From the NCBI GenBank assembly GCA_964475485.1, contig CAYYWY010000012.1, positions 1 to 62,530 of the forward strand: 62,530 nucleotides of DNA. Reading direction: 5' to 3'. This document shows, piece by piece, positions 9,017 to 17,345 of this stretch. Below the pieces are notes generated by a model, which worked only from the letters and a program-made list of their open reading frames with translations, made no database searches and had not been told where the DNA came from. This DNA comes from an uncultured Nitrospiraceae bacterium (lineage in GTDB: Bacteria > Nitrospirota > Thermodesulfovibrionia > Thermodesulfovibrionales > UBA9159). The position numbers were made by a program, and so were the translations under genes. Position 1 is the first letter of the stretch, and each line of letters opens with the position of its first letter.

Positions 9017-9946
9017 TTACATCTCCCTCCAATACCGTATCAAATTGGTGACGCCCTCAACAGTAACCACAGTTTCGATCGCTCTTTTCATCTTGTTTTC
9101 CTCGGAGACAGAGATAATACGGAAGTTTCTTGGAGGCGTTATCTGTCCTGCAAATATCCTGCTGCTTATGTTGTTGATCAGATCCTTGCTGAAGCCAGCC
9201 CTCTCCAGATCACCCTTGCCCTCAAAAGGCCTCAGCTTCCTCTGATTCACGACCTCTCTTGCCTGTTCCATAGATATTGATTCACTAAGTGACATTATAA
9301 CAGGTATTGAAGCGGTATTAATATTGACTCGTAAGTCTTCGCTTCCACCGTAGCCGTACACAGTAACATGTGGAGATAACGCCTCATATGTCTGAAGACC
9401 GATGCCTTTTATATGTAGCAATTCGTCAACACTGTCCATAAAAGCGTTCTTTGTGGTTTCCTTAGAGGAAATCAGCGCGGGTACGCTATCCTTGTTTATC
9501 CAAAAAGAAACTCTGTCTGCAATGCTTTCATCAAGTCCAAGGTTGCGGAGAAGCCTTCTAAATGCTTGGATATTACCCGGGGTTTTAAGGGAATTCATAT
9601 TGAATTTCCCGTTTTCGTCTTCTACGCTGACGACAACGGTACCGGAGAAGCCCTCAAGGATATTCTCTACAGGGATCACCATCTTCCCGGGGAATTTGTG
9701 AAGTTCATCCGAAGGGATGTCGGAGATGGTTGTGATCGCAAGAGAGACGCCTGATTTTGCGGCGAAAGAGAGTCTCAGCGAGTCCTTCCAGTTATAAAGG
9801 GCGGAGGTCGTCGTATATACTCCATAGGCGAATTCCACGACCATGGCGGTGATAAGAGTAAGGATCATGAGTGTCAGCACCAGCGCCATGCCTTTCTCTG
9901 AAGATGCATGAAGCGTGAAGCGTGAAGCGTGTAAGGAGCCCCTCAC
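9017..9946 (-). CDS. gspK: Minor pseudopilin K
   Basis: KG|MALVL cleavage site, DENGKFNMN, ELLHIKGI and NINTAS helix-hairpin motifs. Confidence 0.92.
   Translation of the reverse strand: MRGSLHASRFTLHASSEKGMALVLTLMILTLITAMVVEFAYGVYTTTSALYNWKDSLRLSFAAKSGVSLAITTISDIPSDELHKFPGKMVIPVENILEGFSGTVVVSVEDENGKFNMNSLKTPGNIQAFRRLLRNLGLDESIADRVSFWINKDSVPALISSKETTKNAFMDSVDELLHIKGIGLQTYEALSPHVTVYGYGGSEDLRVNINTASIPVIMSLSESISMEQAREVVNQRKLRPFEGKGDLERAGFSKDLINNISSRIFAGQITPPRNFRIISVSEENKMKRAIETVVTVEGVTNLIRYWREM
9909..9929. repeat. Heptamer tandem repeat (TGAAGCG)x3 in the gspK leader
   Basis: Read directly from sequence. Confidence 0.9.
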
Positions 9947-10584
9947 AACGCCTTCCCTATCCTGGGCCTCGCGATTTCCATGACGGCAAGATGGCTGCTC
10001 TCCTCCTTCGCCGCGACCTTGAGCGTGACCCTTATCTCGCCGGGCATTTTCTTTGACATGTCGCTATCCCATGTCTTTATCCATTTGCCGTTGTAGCCTG
10101 CCTCGATGGTGAAAGATTCAAGACCCTTCATCAATTCGAAGTCTTTTGTCCCGGAAGATTCGCCGTATGCGGTCTCCATCTTTTTCTTAAGCACAAGACT
10201 TCCTTCATTTTCTTCGACGGTGTATGATATCCTCGAAAGTCCGGGAGGCAAGGGCGTAAACGAGGTAAAAAGGAGTTGGGAGGCCTGCTTCCCGTAAAAA
10301 TCCCTGTCCTCGAGCTTAAAGACGGTATGCGTCTTTTCCGGGTTGTAGAGCGCGGATTCGAGCTCTCTCTTCAGGGTATCCAGAACAGACCGGCATTCCT
10401 GAAGTTTCAGGAGGGAATCGTCCACCGCATCCGCTGCCCTTTGTGAAAGGAAGAAGGTGCTGTAAAGAGCGGCGATCACCACGGCGGTTATTGCAACGGC
10501 AACGAGAACCTCGAGGAGCGTAAAGCCACGCACAGTGTCGAGAGTTGAGTGTCGAGTGTCGAGTGAAGTGTCTTTACTTTTCAC
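9943..10584 (-). CDS. gspJ: Minor pseudopilin J
   Basis: RG|FTLLEVLVA prepilin motif; gene order. Confidence 0.9.
   Translation of the reverse strand: MKSKDTSLDTRHSTLDTVRGFTLLEVLVAVAITAVVIAALYSTFFLSQRAADAVDDSLLKLQECRSVLDTLKRELESALYNPEKTHTVFKLEDRDFYGKQASQLLFTSFTPLPPGLSRISYTVEENEGSLVLKKKMETAYGESSGTKDFELMKGLESFTIEAGYNGKWIKTWDSDMSKKMPGEIRVTLKVAAKEESSHLAVMEIARPRIGKAL
10535..10562. repeat. Heptamer repeat GTGTCGA x4 (one degenerate) in the gspJ leader
   Basis: GTGTCGA GAGTTGA GTGTCGA GTGTCGA. Confidence 0.85.
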
Positions 10585-10597
10585 CTGAAGATACCTC

Positions 10598-10798
10598 TAT
10601 CCGTCATTGCGGCTTGTCCGCAATCCTTCCGACTTGTTCGGAACCGGAAGAAAGATTCTCGATGCGAGTCCCGAAGCGGGTCTCCGCGAAGGGTCGCTCC
10701 GACTTCGCTGAGAGTCGCTTCGACCCGGCAGGCCTGCCTACCGGACAGGCAGGCGGGAATGACAGTTTGTGTCGCCTTACTAATGACCGTATTAGTAA
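10598..10798. mobile_element. Composite REP/MITE-like element between gspI and gspJ
   Basis: TATCCGTCATTGCGG-CTTGT-CCGCAAT hairpin, nested GCCTGCCT-N7-AGGCAGGC (10732-10754), GGGAATGACAG end, and terminal palindrome TTACTAAT-N6-ATTAGTAA. Confidence 0.7.
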
Positions 10799-10803
10799 CA
10801 TCA

Positions 10804-11229
10804 TCATTTCTGTTTTCTGATAAGTTCAGAAAGCCTGACGCTTTCTTTGCCGTCAGAGACGGTCACCGATATCTCGGACATGCCTGGAAAGGAAGAATCC
10901 CTGACGGCAGTCTCATAGGAGAAGCTGGAATACGGTTCAGGGAACTGCCCCTTATCGGTCACCGGCTTCCTCTCCATTGCATACATTTTTTCCTTTGCGA
11001 GGCTTGCGGATGTGGTGATGATCCTGTGCCTTTCCGCAATTCCGAGGTGATAGTTCAAGGTGTATATCAGAGTGACAAGAAGTCCGCCCACTATAGCAAG
11101 GCTTATCATGACTTCGAGGAGGGTAAAGCCCCTCTTCGCAGTGACGCGTGACGCGTGATGCGTGACGTGTAAGAGAAATCTTCCCTTCCGGGCCTTGCAT
11201 TTCTTAATCATCAACTTGTCACTTGTCAC
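10804..11229 (-). CDS. gspI: Minor pseudopilin I
   Basis: RG|FTLLEVMISL prepilin motif; short; gene order. Confidence 0.9.
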   Translation of the reverse strand: MTSDKLMIKKCKARKGRFLLHVTHHASRVTAKRGFTLLEVMISLAIVGGLLVTLIYTLNYHLGIAERHRIITTSASLAKEKMYAMERKPVTDKGQFPEPYSSFSYETAVRDSSFPGMSEISVTVSDGKESVRLSELIRKQK

Positions 11230-11236
11230 TTGTCAC
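11141..11236. repeat. Inverted pair of heptamer arrays in the gspI leader and gspH end
   Basis: GTGACGC-type x4 at 11141-11168 and TTGTCAC x3 at 11216-11236. Confidence 0.9.
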
Positions 11237-11728
11237 TACCTTCACCCTTCCGCTCATATTGTTGAAGACGACCGACATATCCGCCTTATCATCCTTAAGG
11301 CGCACGGTGAAACTCTCCGATGCCCCAAACGGGCTGAAGAAGATAATGACCTCGCCATCGGAAACCATCCCCCTGGACTGTAGTTCTATTCCTGAAAGGG
11401 AATCGAATTTCTCGGACTTTTCTCCCTCAGGACTGTTGTAGCTTATGAGCCTGTCGCTGAAAACGGCCTTCATTTGAAGGGTCTCTTTCGTGGATATCGC
11501 ACTGTCGTTCAGATACCGGATTATGGAGCCAAGGCGTTTTGCATCGGATTTCAGTCTGCTCTCCCCGATCCCGGTAAAGGATGGGAGGGCGACCGCAAAC
11601 ACAAGGGAGACGATAAAGATCACGACCATCAATTCGAAAAGGGTGAAACCCGCGCGAGTAACGAGTAACGAGTAACGAGTAACGAGTGCCAATTCCTTAC
11701 CCTTGCTTTTCAACCTGTTACCCGTCAC
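11219..11728 (-). CDS. gspH: Minor pseudopilin H
   Basis: AG|FTLFELMVV prepilin motif; gene order. Confidence 0.88.
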   Translation of the reverse strand: MTGNRLKSKGKELALVTRYSLLVTRAGFTLFELMVVIFIVSLVFAVALPSFTGIGESRLKSDAKRLGSIIRYLNDSAISTKETLQMKAVFSDRLISYNSPEGEKSEKFDSLSGIELQSRGMVSDGEVIIFFSPFGASESFTVRLKDDKADMSVVFNNMSGRVKVVTSDK

Positions 11729-11735
11729 TTGTCAC
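11655..11735. repeat. Inverted pair of heptamer arrays in the gspH leader
   Basis: CGAGTAA x4 perfect at 11655-11682 and CTGTTAC CCGTCAC TTGTCAC at 11715-11735. Confidence 0.9.
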
Positions 11736-12241
11736 TGCCTTTGCATGTCCCAGCTCTTGATGTCTGCGTCCTTTCCCTCCCCGCCTTCCTTGCCGTCCGC
11801 GCCATAGCTCAGGATGTCGTAGTCCCCGTTCAGTCCTGGAGATACGTAAATATAAGGATTGCCCCACGGGTCTGTCGGGATCTTCTTCTGTTCCAGGTAT
11901 CCGCCTTCCTTGTAGTTCTGCGGCAACCGTCCGCTCGCCGGCTTTTCCACGAGGGCCTGAAGACCCTGCTGGGTATCGGGATAAAACCCGTTGTCCATCT
12001 TGAAAAGTTTGAGGGCCGTCTCGAAATTCCTTATCTGTACCTTCGCCTCCGCAATCCTTGCGTCATCCGTCCTGCCTATAATCCTCGGAGCCACGATTGC
12101 CGCGAGAAGACTCAGGATGAAGACGACGACAAGGATCTCAAGAAGGGTGAAGCCGCCACTCCCCTTGAATTCCCCCCTTGCCGAGGGGAAATATAGAGGT
12201 GTAGTTTTTGAATTTTTCATTTTGAATTTTGCATCTTGCAT
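11732..12241 (-). CDS. gspG: Major pseudopilin G
   Basis: GG|FTLLEILVV, GLQALVEKP, DPWGNPY, SYGADG motifs. Confidence 0.97.
   Translation of the reverse strand: MQDAKFKMKNSKTTPLYFPSARGEFKGSGGFTLLEILVVVFILSLLAAIVAPRIIGRTDDARIAEAKVQIRNFETALKLFKMDNGFYPDTQQGLQALVEKPASGRLPQNYKEGGYLEQKKIPTDPWGNPYIYVSPGLNGDYDILSYGADGKEGGEGKDADIKSWDMQRQ
12161..12241. repeat. CCCC/GGGG palindrome plus five heptamer units in the gspG leader
   Basis: Hairpin at 12161-12201; TTTGAAT TTTTCAT TTTGAAT TTTGCAT CTTGCAT at 12207-12241. Confidence 0.8.
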
Positions 12242-12265
12242 CTATTTAACCTCCGCTATCATTTA

Positions 12266-13441
12266 TCACTTTATCAACTGATTCAACTGGAACATCGGCA
12301 GCAGGACCGCAAGGACGATGAAAAGCACCACAAGCCCCATCACCAGTATCATGACAGGCTCGAAAAGGGAAACCGCGCCGTTCACCTTCCTGTTGAATTC
12401 CTCCTCATAGGACTGGGCTGCCCTGCTCAGGGTTTCGGGAAGCCTTCCGCTTTTCTCCCCGGTTGCGATGAGCCGAAGAAAGACCGGCGGAAAGCCTTCA
12501 AGCGTGGAAGAAAGGCTCTGACCCTCGGCTACTCTTCTCTCCGCATTCAGGACAGATTGCTCAAGCACCATGTTACCCATGGATTTTGCCGAAAGGCTCA
12601 ACGCCCTGAGCATGGGGAGCCCTCCCTCAAGAAGGAAACCGAGGTTCCTTGCGAAACGGTAGTAGTAGAGACTCTGGACCATGTTGCCCGGGAGTTTCAG
12701 AAGAATCCGGTCAACAAAAAGTCTGTGAGAAGTAAAGAGCTTCCTTAGTGATATCACTGCTCCGCCGGCAAGGCCCGCCAAAACCCACCAATAATTGACA
12801 AAGACATTGCTCACGATTATGAGGAATTGAGTGATGAGAGGCAGCGTTGCCTTTGTATCGTGGAAGATCTTCACGATCTTCGGGATTACGAAGGTGAAGA
12901 GAAAGGAGAGGATTACAATACTCACGCCCATCATTAGAGCAGGATATATCATGGATGAGCGCACCCTGGCTCTGACGGTATTCCGGCCTTCGAGAAAGTC
13001 TGCAAGTCTCATGAGGACCCTGTCCAGAGTACCGCTCTGCTCGCCGGAATGGACCATATTGATATAGAACTCCGGGAAGACGCGGCCAAAATCCTCCAGG
13101 GCCTTGGAAAGGCTGGAACCTCCTGCGACCTTTTCCTTTATCGCAATCAGCATCTCCATGTAAAAGCCCCTTCTCTCGGCAGACAGAGACTGGAGGGCGT
13201 CCATCAAGGGAACTCCTGATGAGAGGAGTATCGAAAGCTGCCGGGTCATGCCAGGGAGGAAGGATTCTTCAGTCCTCTGAAAAAGCCTTTTCTTTCCTGT
13301 TATCCTGGACTCGATGACCTCACTTGGGAAGACGCCCTCCGCCCTGACCCTGAGCATCGCGTCGTTCATGCCCGATGCCTCGATACTGCCGCTCACATCC
13401 CTGCCGTCTGCAGTGTATCCTCTATATCTGAATATCGGCAT
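12266..13441 (-). CDS. gspF: Type II secretion inner membrane platform protein F
   Basis: RQLSILLSSGVPL, SGEQSGTL, YP, GEKSGRL, EP duplicated T2SSF motifs. Confidence 0.96.
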   Translation of the reverse strand: MPIFRYRGYTADGRDVSGSIEASGMNDAMLRVRAEGVFPSEVIESRITGKKRLFQRTEESFLPGMTRQLSILLSSGVPLMDALQSLSAERRGFYMEMLIAIKEKVAGGSSLSKALEDFGRVFPEFYINMVHSGEQSGTLDRVLMRLADFLEGRNTVRARVRSSMIYPALMMGVSIVILSFLFTFVIPKIVKIFHDTKATLPLITQFLIIVSNVFVNYWWVLAGLAGGAVISLRKLFTSHRLFVDRILLKLPGNMVQSLYYYRFARNLGFLLEGGLPMLRALSLSAKSMGNMVLEQSVLNAERRVAEGQSLSSTLEGFPPVFLRLIATGEKSGRLPETLSRAAQSYEEEFNRKVNGAVSLFEPVMILVMGLVVLFIVLAVLLPMFQLNQLIK

Positions 13442-13475
13442 ACATCAACCTTTCTTTTCTCTGTAAAGGTTAATC

Positions 13476-13556
13476 TACCGCGGAGTACGTGGAGGTTGCA
13501 AAGAGGAATTCCATTCTTCCTCATATCCAACTCCGAGTCCTCTGCGCTCTGCGGTA
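13476..13556. repeat. CGCAGAG-type inverted repeat element between gspE and gspF
   Basis: TACCGCGGAG-TA-CGTGGAG...CTCTGCG-CTCTGCGGTA. Confidence 0.6.
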
Positions 13557-13574
13557 ATAACTCTTTATCTCGCG

Positions 13575-15134
13575 TTATTCGGCATAGTCCTTCTGCGTAA
13601 CCCTCAAAACCTCCTGGAGCGTGGTCTCTCCCTTCATCACCTTGTTAAGGCCGTCCGCGTAGAGGGTCTTCATGCCCCTTGAGGCCGCATGATCCTTGAT
13701 CGCCTGCGAATCCCTCCGGGAAGTGATCATCTCTCTAATCTCGGGACCTATATGGAGAAGCTCGAATATACCGGTCCTGCCAAGGTAGCCGCTCTGTCTG
13801 CAGCGGTCGCATCCCTTGCCGCGGTACAGCTTACTCCCCTTTGCTTCCCTGCCTGGCAAGGGGGGATTAATGAGGGTGGAGCTGATGAGGTAAGACCTTT
13901 CTGAATCGGGCGTTTCATATGTCTCTTTGCAGTAAGGGCAAATAGTCCTCACGAGTCTCTGTGCAAGGACGGCAACCAGAGACGATGCGACAAGGAAGGG
14001 TTCGACTCCCATATCGATAAGTCTTGTGACTGCGGAGGCGGAGTCATTGGTGTGCAGGGTGCTGAGCACGAGATGGCCTGTGAGGGATGCCTGAATAGCG
14101 ATCTCCGCCGTCTCGTAATCCCTTATCTCGCCCACCATGATCACGTCCGGGTCCTGCCTCAGAATCGACCTCAGTCCGGAAGCAAAAGTGAGACCTATTT
14201 TCGGATTCACATGGATCTGGCCCACGCCCCTGAGCTGATACTCGACAGGGTCCTCAACTGTTATGATGTTCTTTTCTTCCGTGTGTATCCTGTTCAGGGC
14301 TGCATAGAGAGTCGTTGTTTTGCCGCTTCCCGTGGGACCAGTAACGAGGATGATACCATTAGTCCTGGCGAGAAGTTCCTCAACACGCCTTATATCTTTT
14401 TCGTCAAGCCCGACCTCGTTAAGGCCTATCAGCCCCTGTTGCCTGTCCAGCAGCCTAAGAACAGCCCTTTCACCGAAAGAGGTGGGTACGATGGAAACCC
14501 TGATATCGATATCCTTCGTCCCGATGAGAAGCCGTATGCGGCCATCCTGGGGAAGCCTCTTTTCCGCGATATCCAGGTTTGCCATAATCTTCACTCTGCT
14601 TATGAGGGCGTCCTGAATGATTTTGGGAGGGGAGAGGACCCTGTGGAGGAGCCCGTCTATCCTCATTCTCACTTCCAGTTCCTTCTCGTAAGGTTCGATA
14701 TGGATATCGCTGGCCTTTTCCTTCACCGCCTGAAGGAGAAGGGCGTTGAGAAGCCGGATGATAGGGGCCTCTTCAGTGAGTTCAAGGAGGTCTCTGGGGG
14801 ATTCGAATTCCGTGGCGACCGCTGTGAGATCTTCCCCTGATATCCCTTCCATCACCTCCTCGGCGGAACCCAGATGACCATAAAACTTGTTGATCGCGTC
14901 CAGGACGATCCCCGGAAGAGCCTTCAGGGGTTGAGGTTTCAGACCGTATCTCTTTGCGAGGTCAAGCACGGCAAAGAGGCCCTTCTCATCGGCAACAGCA
15001 GCGATGAGGGAGCCGTCAGCCCTTTTCAAGGGCATGACAAGATTGTTCCTGGCAAAGGAAAGGGGAATTTCCTTTATGAGGGGGGTCTCTACATCCTCAT
15101 CCCGTATGGCATGAATTGTCTCCAAATCGTACAT
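13575..15134 (-). CDS. gspE: Type II secretion ATPase E
   Basis: ASDIHIEP, RLPQDGR, Walker A GPTGSGKTTT, RQDPDVIMVGEIRD, tetracysteine motif. Confidence 0.97.
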   Translation of the reverse strand: MYDLETIHAIRDEDVETPLIKEIPLSFARNNLVMPLKRADGSLIAAVADEKGLFAVLDLAKRYGLKPQPLKALPGIVLDAINKFYGHLGSAEEVMEGISGEDLTAVATEFESPRDLLELTEEAPIIRLLNALLLQAVKEKASDIHIEPYEKELEVRMRIDGLLHRVLSPPKIIQDALISRVKIMANLDIAEKRLPQDGRIRLLIGTKDIDIRVSIVPTSFGERAVLRLLDRQQGLIGLNEVGLDEKDIRRVEELLARTNGIILVTGPTGSGKTTTLYAALNRIHTEEKNIITVEDPVEYQLRGVGQIHVNPKIGLTFASGLRSILRQDPDVIMVGEIRDYETAEIAIQASLTGHLVLSTLHTNDSASAVTRLIDMGVEPFLVASSLVAVLAQRLVRTICPYCKETYETPDSERSYLISSTLINPPLPGREAKGSKLYRGKGCDRCRQSGYLGRTGIFELLHIGPEIREMITSRRDSQAIKDHAASRGMKTLYADGLNKVMKGETTLQEVLRVTQKDYAE

Positions 15135-15154
15135 CCCGAAAAAGCCTTAACTTC

Positions 15155-17314
15155 TTATTCCGAAGGCTTCAGCCTTATCTTGTAGTTCGGTTCAGCGTAC
15201 TGGACCTCCTCCATGGCAGAGAACTCCCTTACCGCGTCCCGAACGTCCTGTCCTTTCATGAGCCGTATGTGATATGCCTTGATTCCCTCCATGTAGGTGA
15301 TTACCGATCCGCCCGTCCTATTGATCAGCTTCCTCGCAGTATCGTCGGCGACCCCTTCTTTGAATTTCACGATAAGCTCGCCTTCGGCAAAACGGTTTTC
15401 ACTCATGCCGAACTCCTTCTGCTTTGTGTTCGTTATCTGTGCGAGGCGGTCCGATTCCTTGACGATATGGGGATTGAGGAAGACGAGGAGGTTTGTTTTC
15501 TTCTTCGAAACGCTCTTGTTCTTGAACAGATATCCCAGAAGAGGGATGTCGCCCAGCACAGGAACCTTTGTAACGTTCTCCTCTTCCGTCTCCTGCATCA
15601 GGCCTCCGATCACGACTATCTGGTTGTCCTTCACTACCACGGATGTCTTCGTGGAGCGCTTTGTGGTCGAAGGGCCGACATTGATTACGATAGTCTCCGA
15701 CTCCCTCTTCAATGAGGAGATCTCCTGATAGATGTCGAGCTTCACGTAATCCCCTTCGGTGATCTGGGGAGTGATCCTGAGCGTGATCCCGACGTCCTTT
15801 CTTTCGATGGAATTGAGGACCGTGTTGGCCGTAGTGATGTCCCTTTCACGCTTCGATATGAAAGGCACGTTCTCACCCACCACAATCTCAGCCTCCTTGT
15901 TGTCGGAGGTGAGTATCTGTGGCGTCGAGAGTACATTCACCACATCCCTGAATTCGTTCAGACTGAAAAGGGCGGCAAAGCCGGGCACCGTGAGGGTAGT
16001 GCTGACAGCCCTTCCGTCACTTGTGACCGTCGTCAGTGGCACATCGAGAAAATTCCCCATTCCGCCGAGGGTGACTCCTTCGAGACCGGTGATTACGGAC
16101 TGAAGCGCGGCAGAATCCATCGTACCGAACCCCCCTATGGCAACAGGCTCCCCGTTCTTTCTTCCGATGAGTCTCCATTTTGCTCCCAGTTCCCTCAGTT
16201 TGTCGATTGTTGCCTCAACGATCATCGCCTCAACGTACACCTGCCTTCTCCTCTTGTCCAGCTGTTTTATGACCTGCAGGAGGTTGTAGTAATCGGCAGG
16301 TGAGGCCACGATAACGAGTGCATTGGATGACTTGTCGGCTGTGATGTGTATCCCGCCGACTGCTTCAAAAGGAGTGACAGGAGCTGTTCCCGGCGCAGGT
16401 TGCTGCGGCCTCGCACCCTTCACAATGCCTTCAAGAACCTTTGCGAGTTCGGATGCATCTGCGTTTTCGAGGAAAAAGACGTTGATCCTCCCAAGGGCTT
16501 CAGGAGAGGGGATATCGATAAGGGAAATGAGGGATTTCATGGATTCCCGTGCTCCTTTGTCTCCGAAAAGGACGACGGCGTTCAGCCTCTGATCGGCCAC
16601 TGCCTTTATCTCATCCGAGGCGACCGGCTGGGGAGCGCCCCTGGCCCTGCGGCTCATGCCTTCATTAAGCATCTTTGCAAGTGCGTCTGCGCTGGAATAC
16701 TTAAGGAAGACGATCTCAGGGCCTTCCCTCATGGAGGGCTGGTCGATACTCTCCACTATGGAGAGTATCTTCTCTATGTTCAGCCCGGAGTCTATCACGA
16801 GAAGAAGGTTTCCCGGGCCAAAGGCGGAGGCATATCCGTCCTTTGAAACGATCGGCTGCAGGAATTTAAGGGCATCGTCGGAGGAGATATTCTTCAGAGG
16901 GATGAGTCTCACGATGTAACTCTCGTTTACAGGCTGCCTGTCCTTAGCTATTTCGAGCCCCCTCTGCTTCGCCTCGGCAGTGGGAATAATCTTGTACGCA
17001 TCGACACCAGAGGGAACCACCGTGAACCCCTTTAATTCAAGGACGGAAGTGAAAAGATTGTACGCCTCATCGATGCTCAGCTTTGATGGTGCGATGATCG
17101 TGATCTTCCCTTTTACGCGCTCGTCGAAGATGAAATTCTTCTTAGTAATGTCGCTTATGAATTTTGTGATGGTGGGAAGGTCGACATCCACAAAGTTGAA
17201 CGTCACCTTCTCTGTCTTCCTGGCATCGGGTTTCATCTCGGGAAATGAGGATGCCGCGGATATGAAAACGAAAATCAGAGAGACGCAGAAGGAAAAACGT
17301 TTAAGGTTCCTCAT
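15155..17314 (-). CDS. gspD: Type II secretion secretin D with an extra C-terminal domain
   Basis: N0-N3 domains, QVYVEAMIVE, DVGITLRITP, KVPVLGDIPLLGYLFK; about 78 extra C-terminal residues. Confidence 0.96.
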   Translation of the reverse strand: MRNLKRFSFCVSLIFVFISAASSFPEMKPDARKTEKVTFNFVDVDLPTITKFISDITKKNFIFDERVKGKITIIAPSKLSIDEAYNLFTSVLELKGFTVVPSGVDAYKIIPTAEAKQRGLEIAKDRQPVNESYIVRLIPLKNISSDDALKFLQPIVSKDGYASAFGPGNLLLVIDSGLNIEKILSIVESIDQPSMREGPEIVFLKYSSADALAKMLNEGMSRRARGAPQPVASDEIKAVADQRLNAVVLFGDKGARESMKSLISLIDIPSPEALGRINVFFLENADASELAKVLEGIVKGARPQQPAPGTAPVTPFEAVGGIHITADKSSNALVIVASPADYYNLLQVIKQLDKRRRQVYVEAMIVEATIDKLRELGAKWRLIGRKNGEPVAIGGFGTMDSAALQSVITGLEGVTLGGMGNFLDVPLTTVTSDGRAVSTTLTVPGFAALFSLNEFRDVVNVLSTPQILTSDNKEAEIVVGENVPFISKRERDITTANTVLNSIERKDVGITLRITPQITEGDYVKLDIYQEISSLKRESETIVINVGPSTTKRSTKTSVVVKDNQIVVIGGLMQETEEENVTKVPVLGDIPLLGYLFKNKSVSKKKTNLLVFLNPHIVKESDRLAQITNTKQKEFGMSENRFAEGELIVKFKEGVADDTARKLINRTGGSVITYMEGIKAYHIRLMKGQDVRDAVREFSAMEEVQYAEPNYKIRLKPSE

Positions 17315-17345
17315 ATCACCCCCTTTATAGCGGTAGCGCTCACGT

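Noticed and set aside
9909-13880. Diversity-generating retroelement or invertase-shuffled pilin locus
   Set aside because: No reverse transcriptase, recombinase or template/variable repeat pair is in the window; the repeats are confined to leaders, junctions and one loop.
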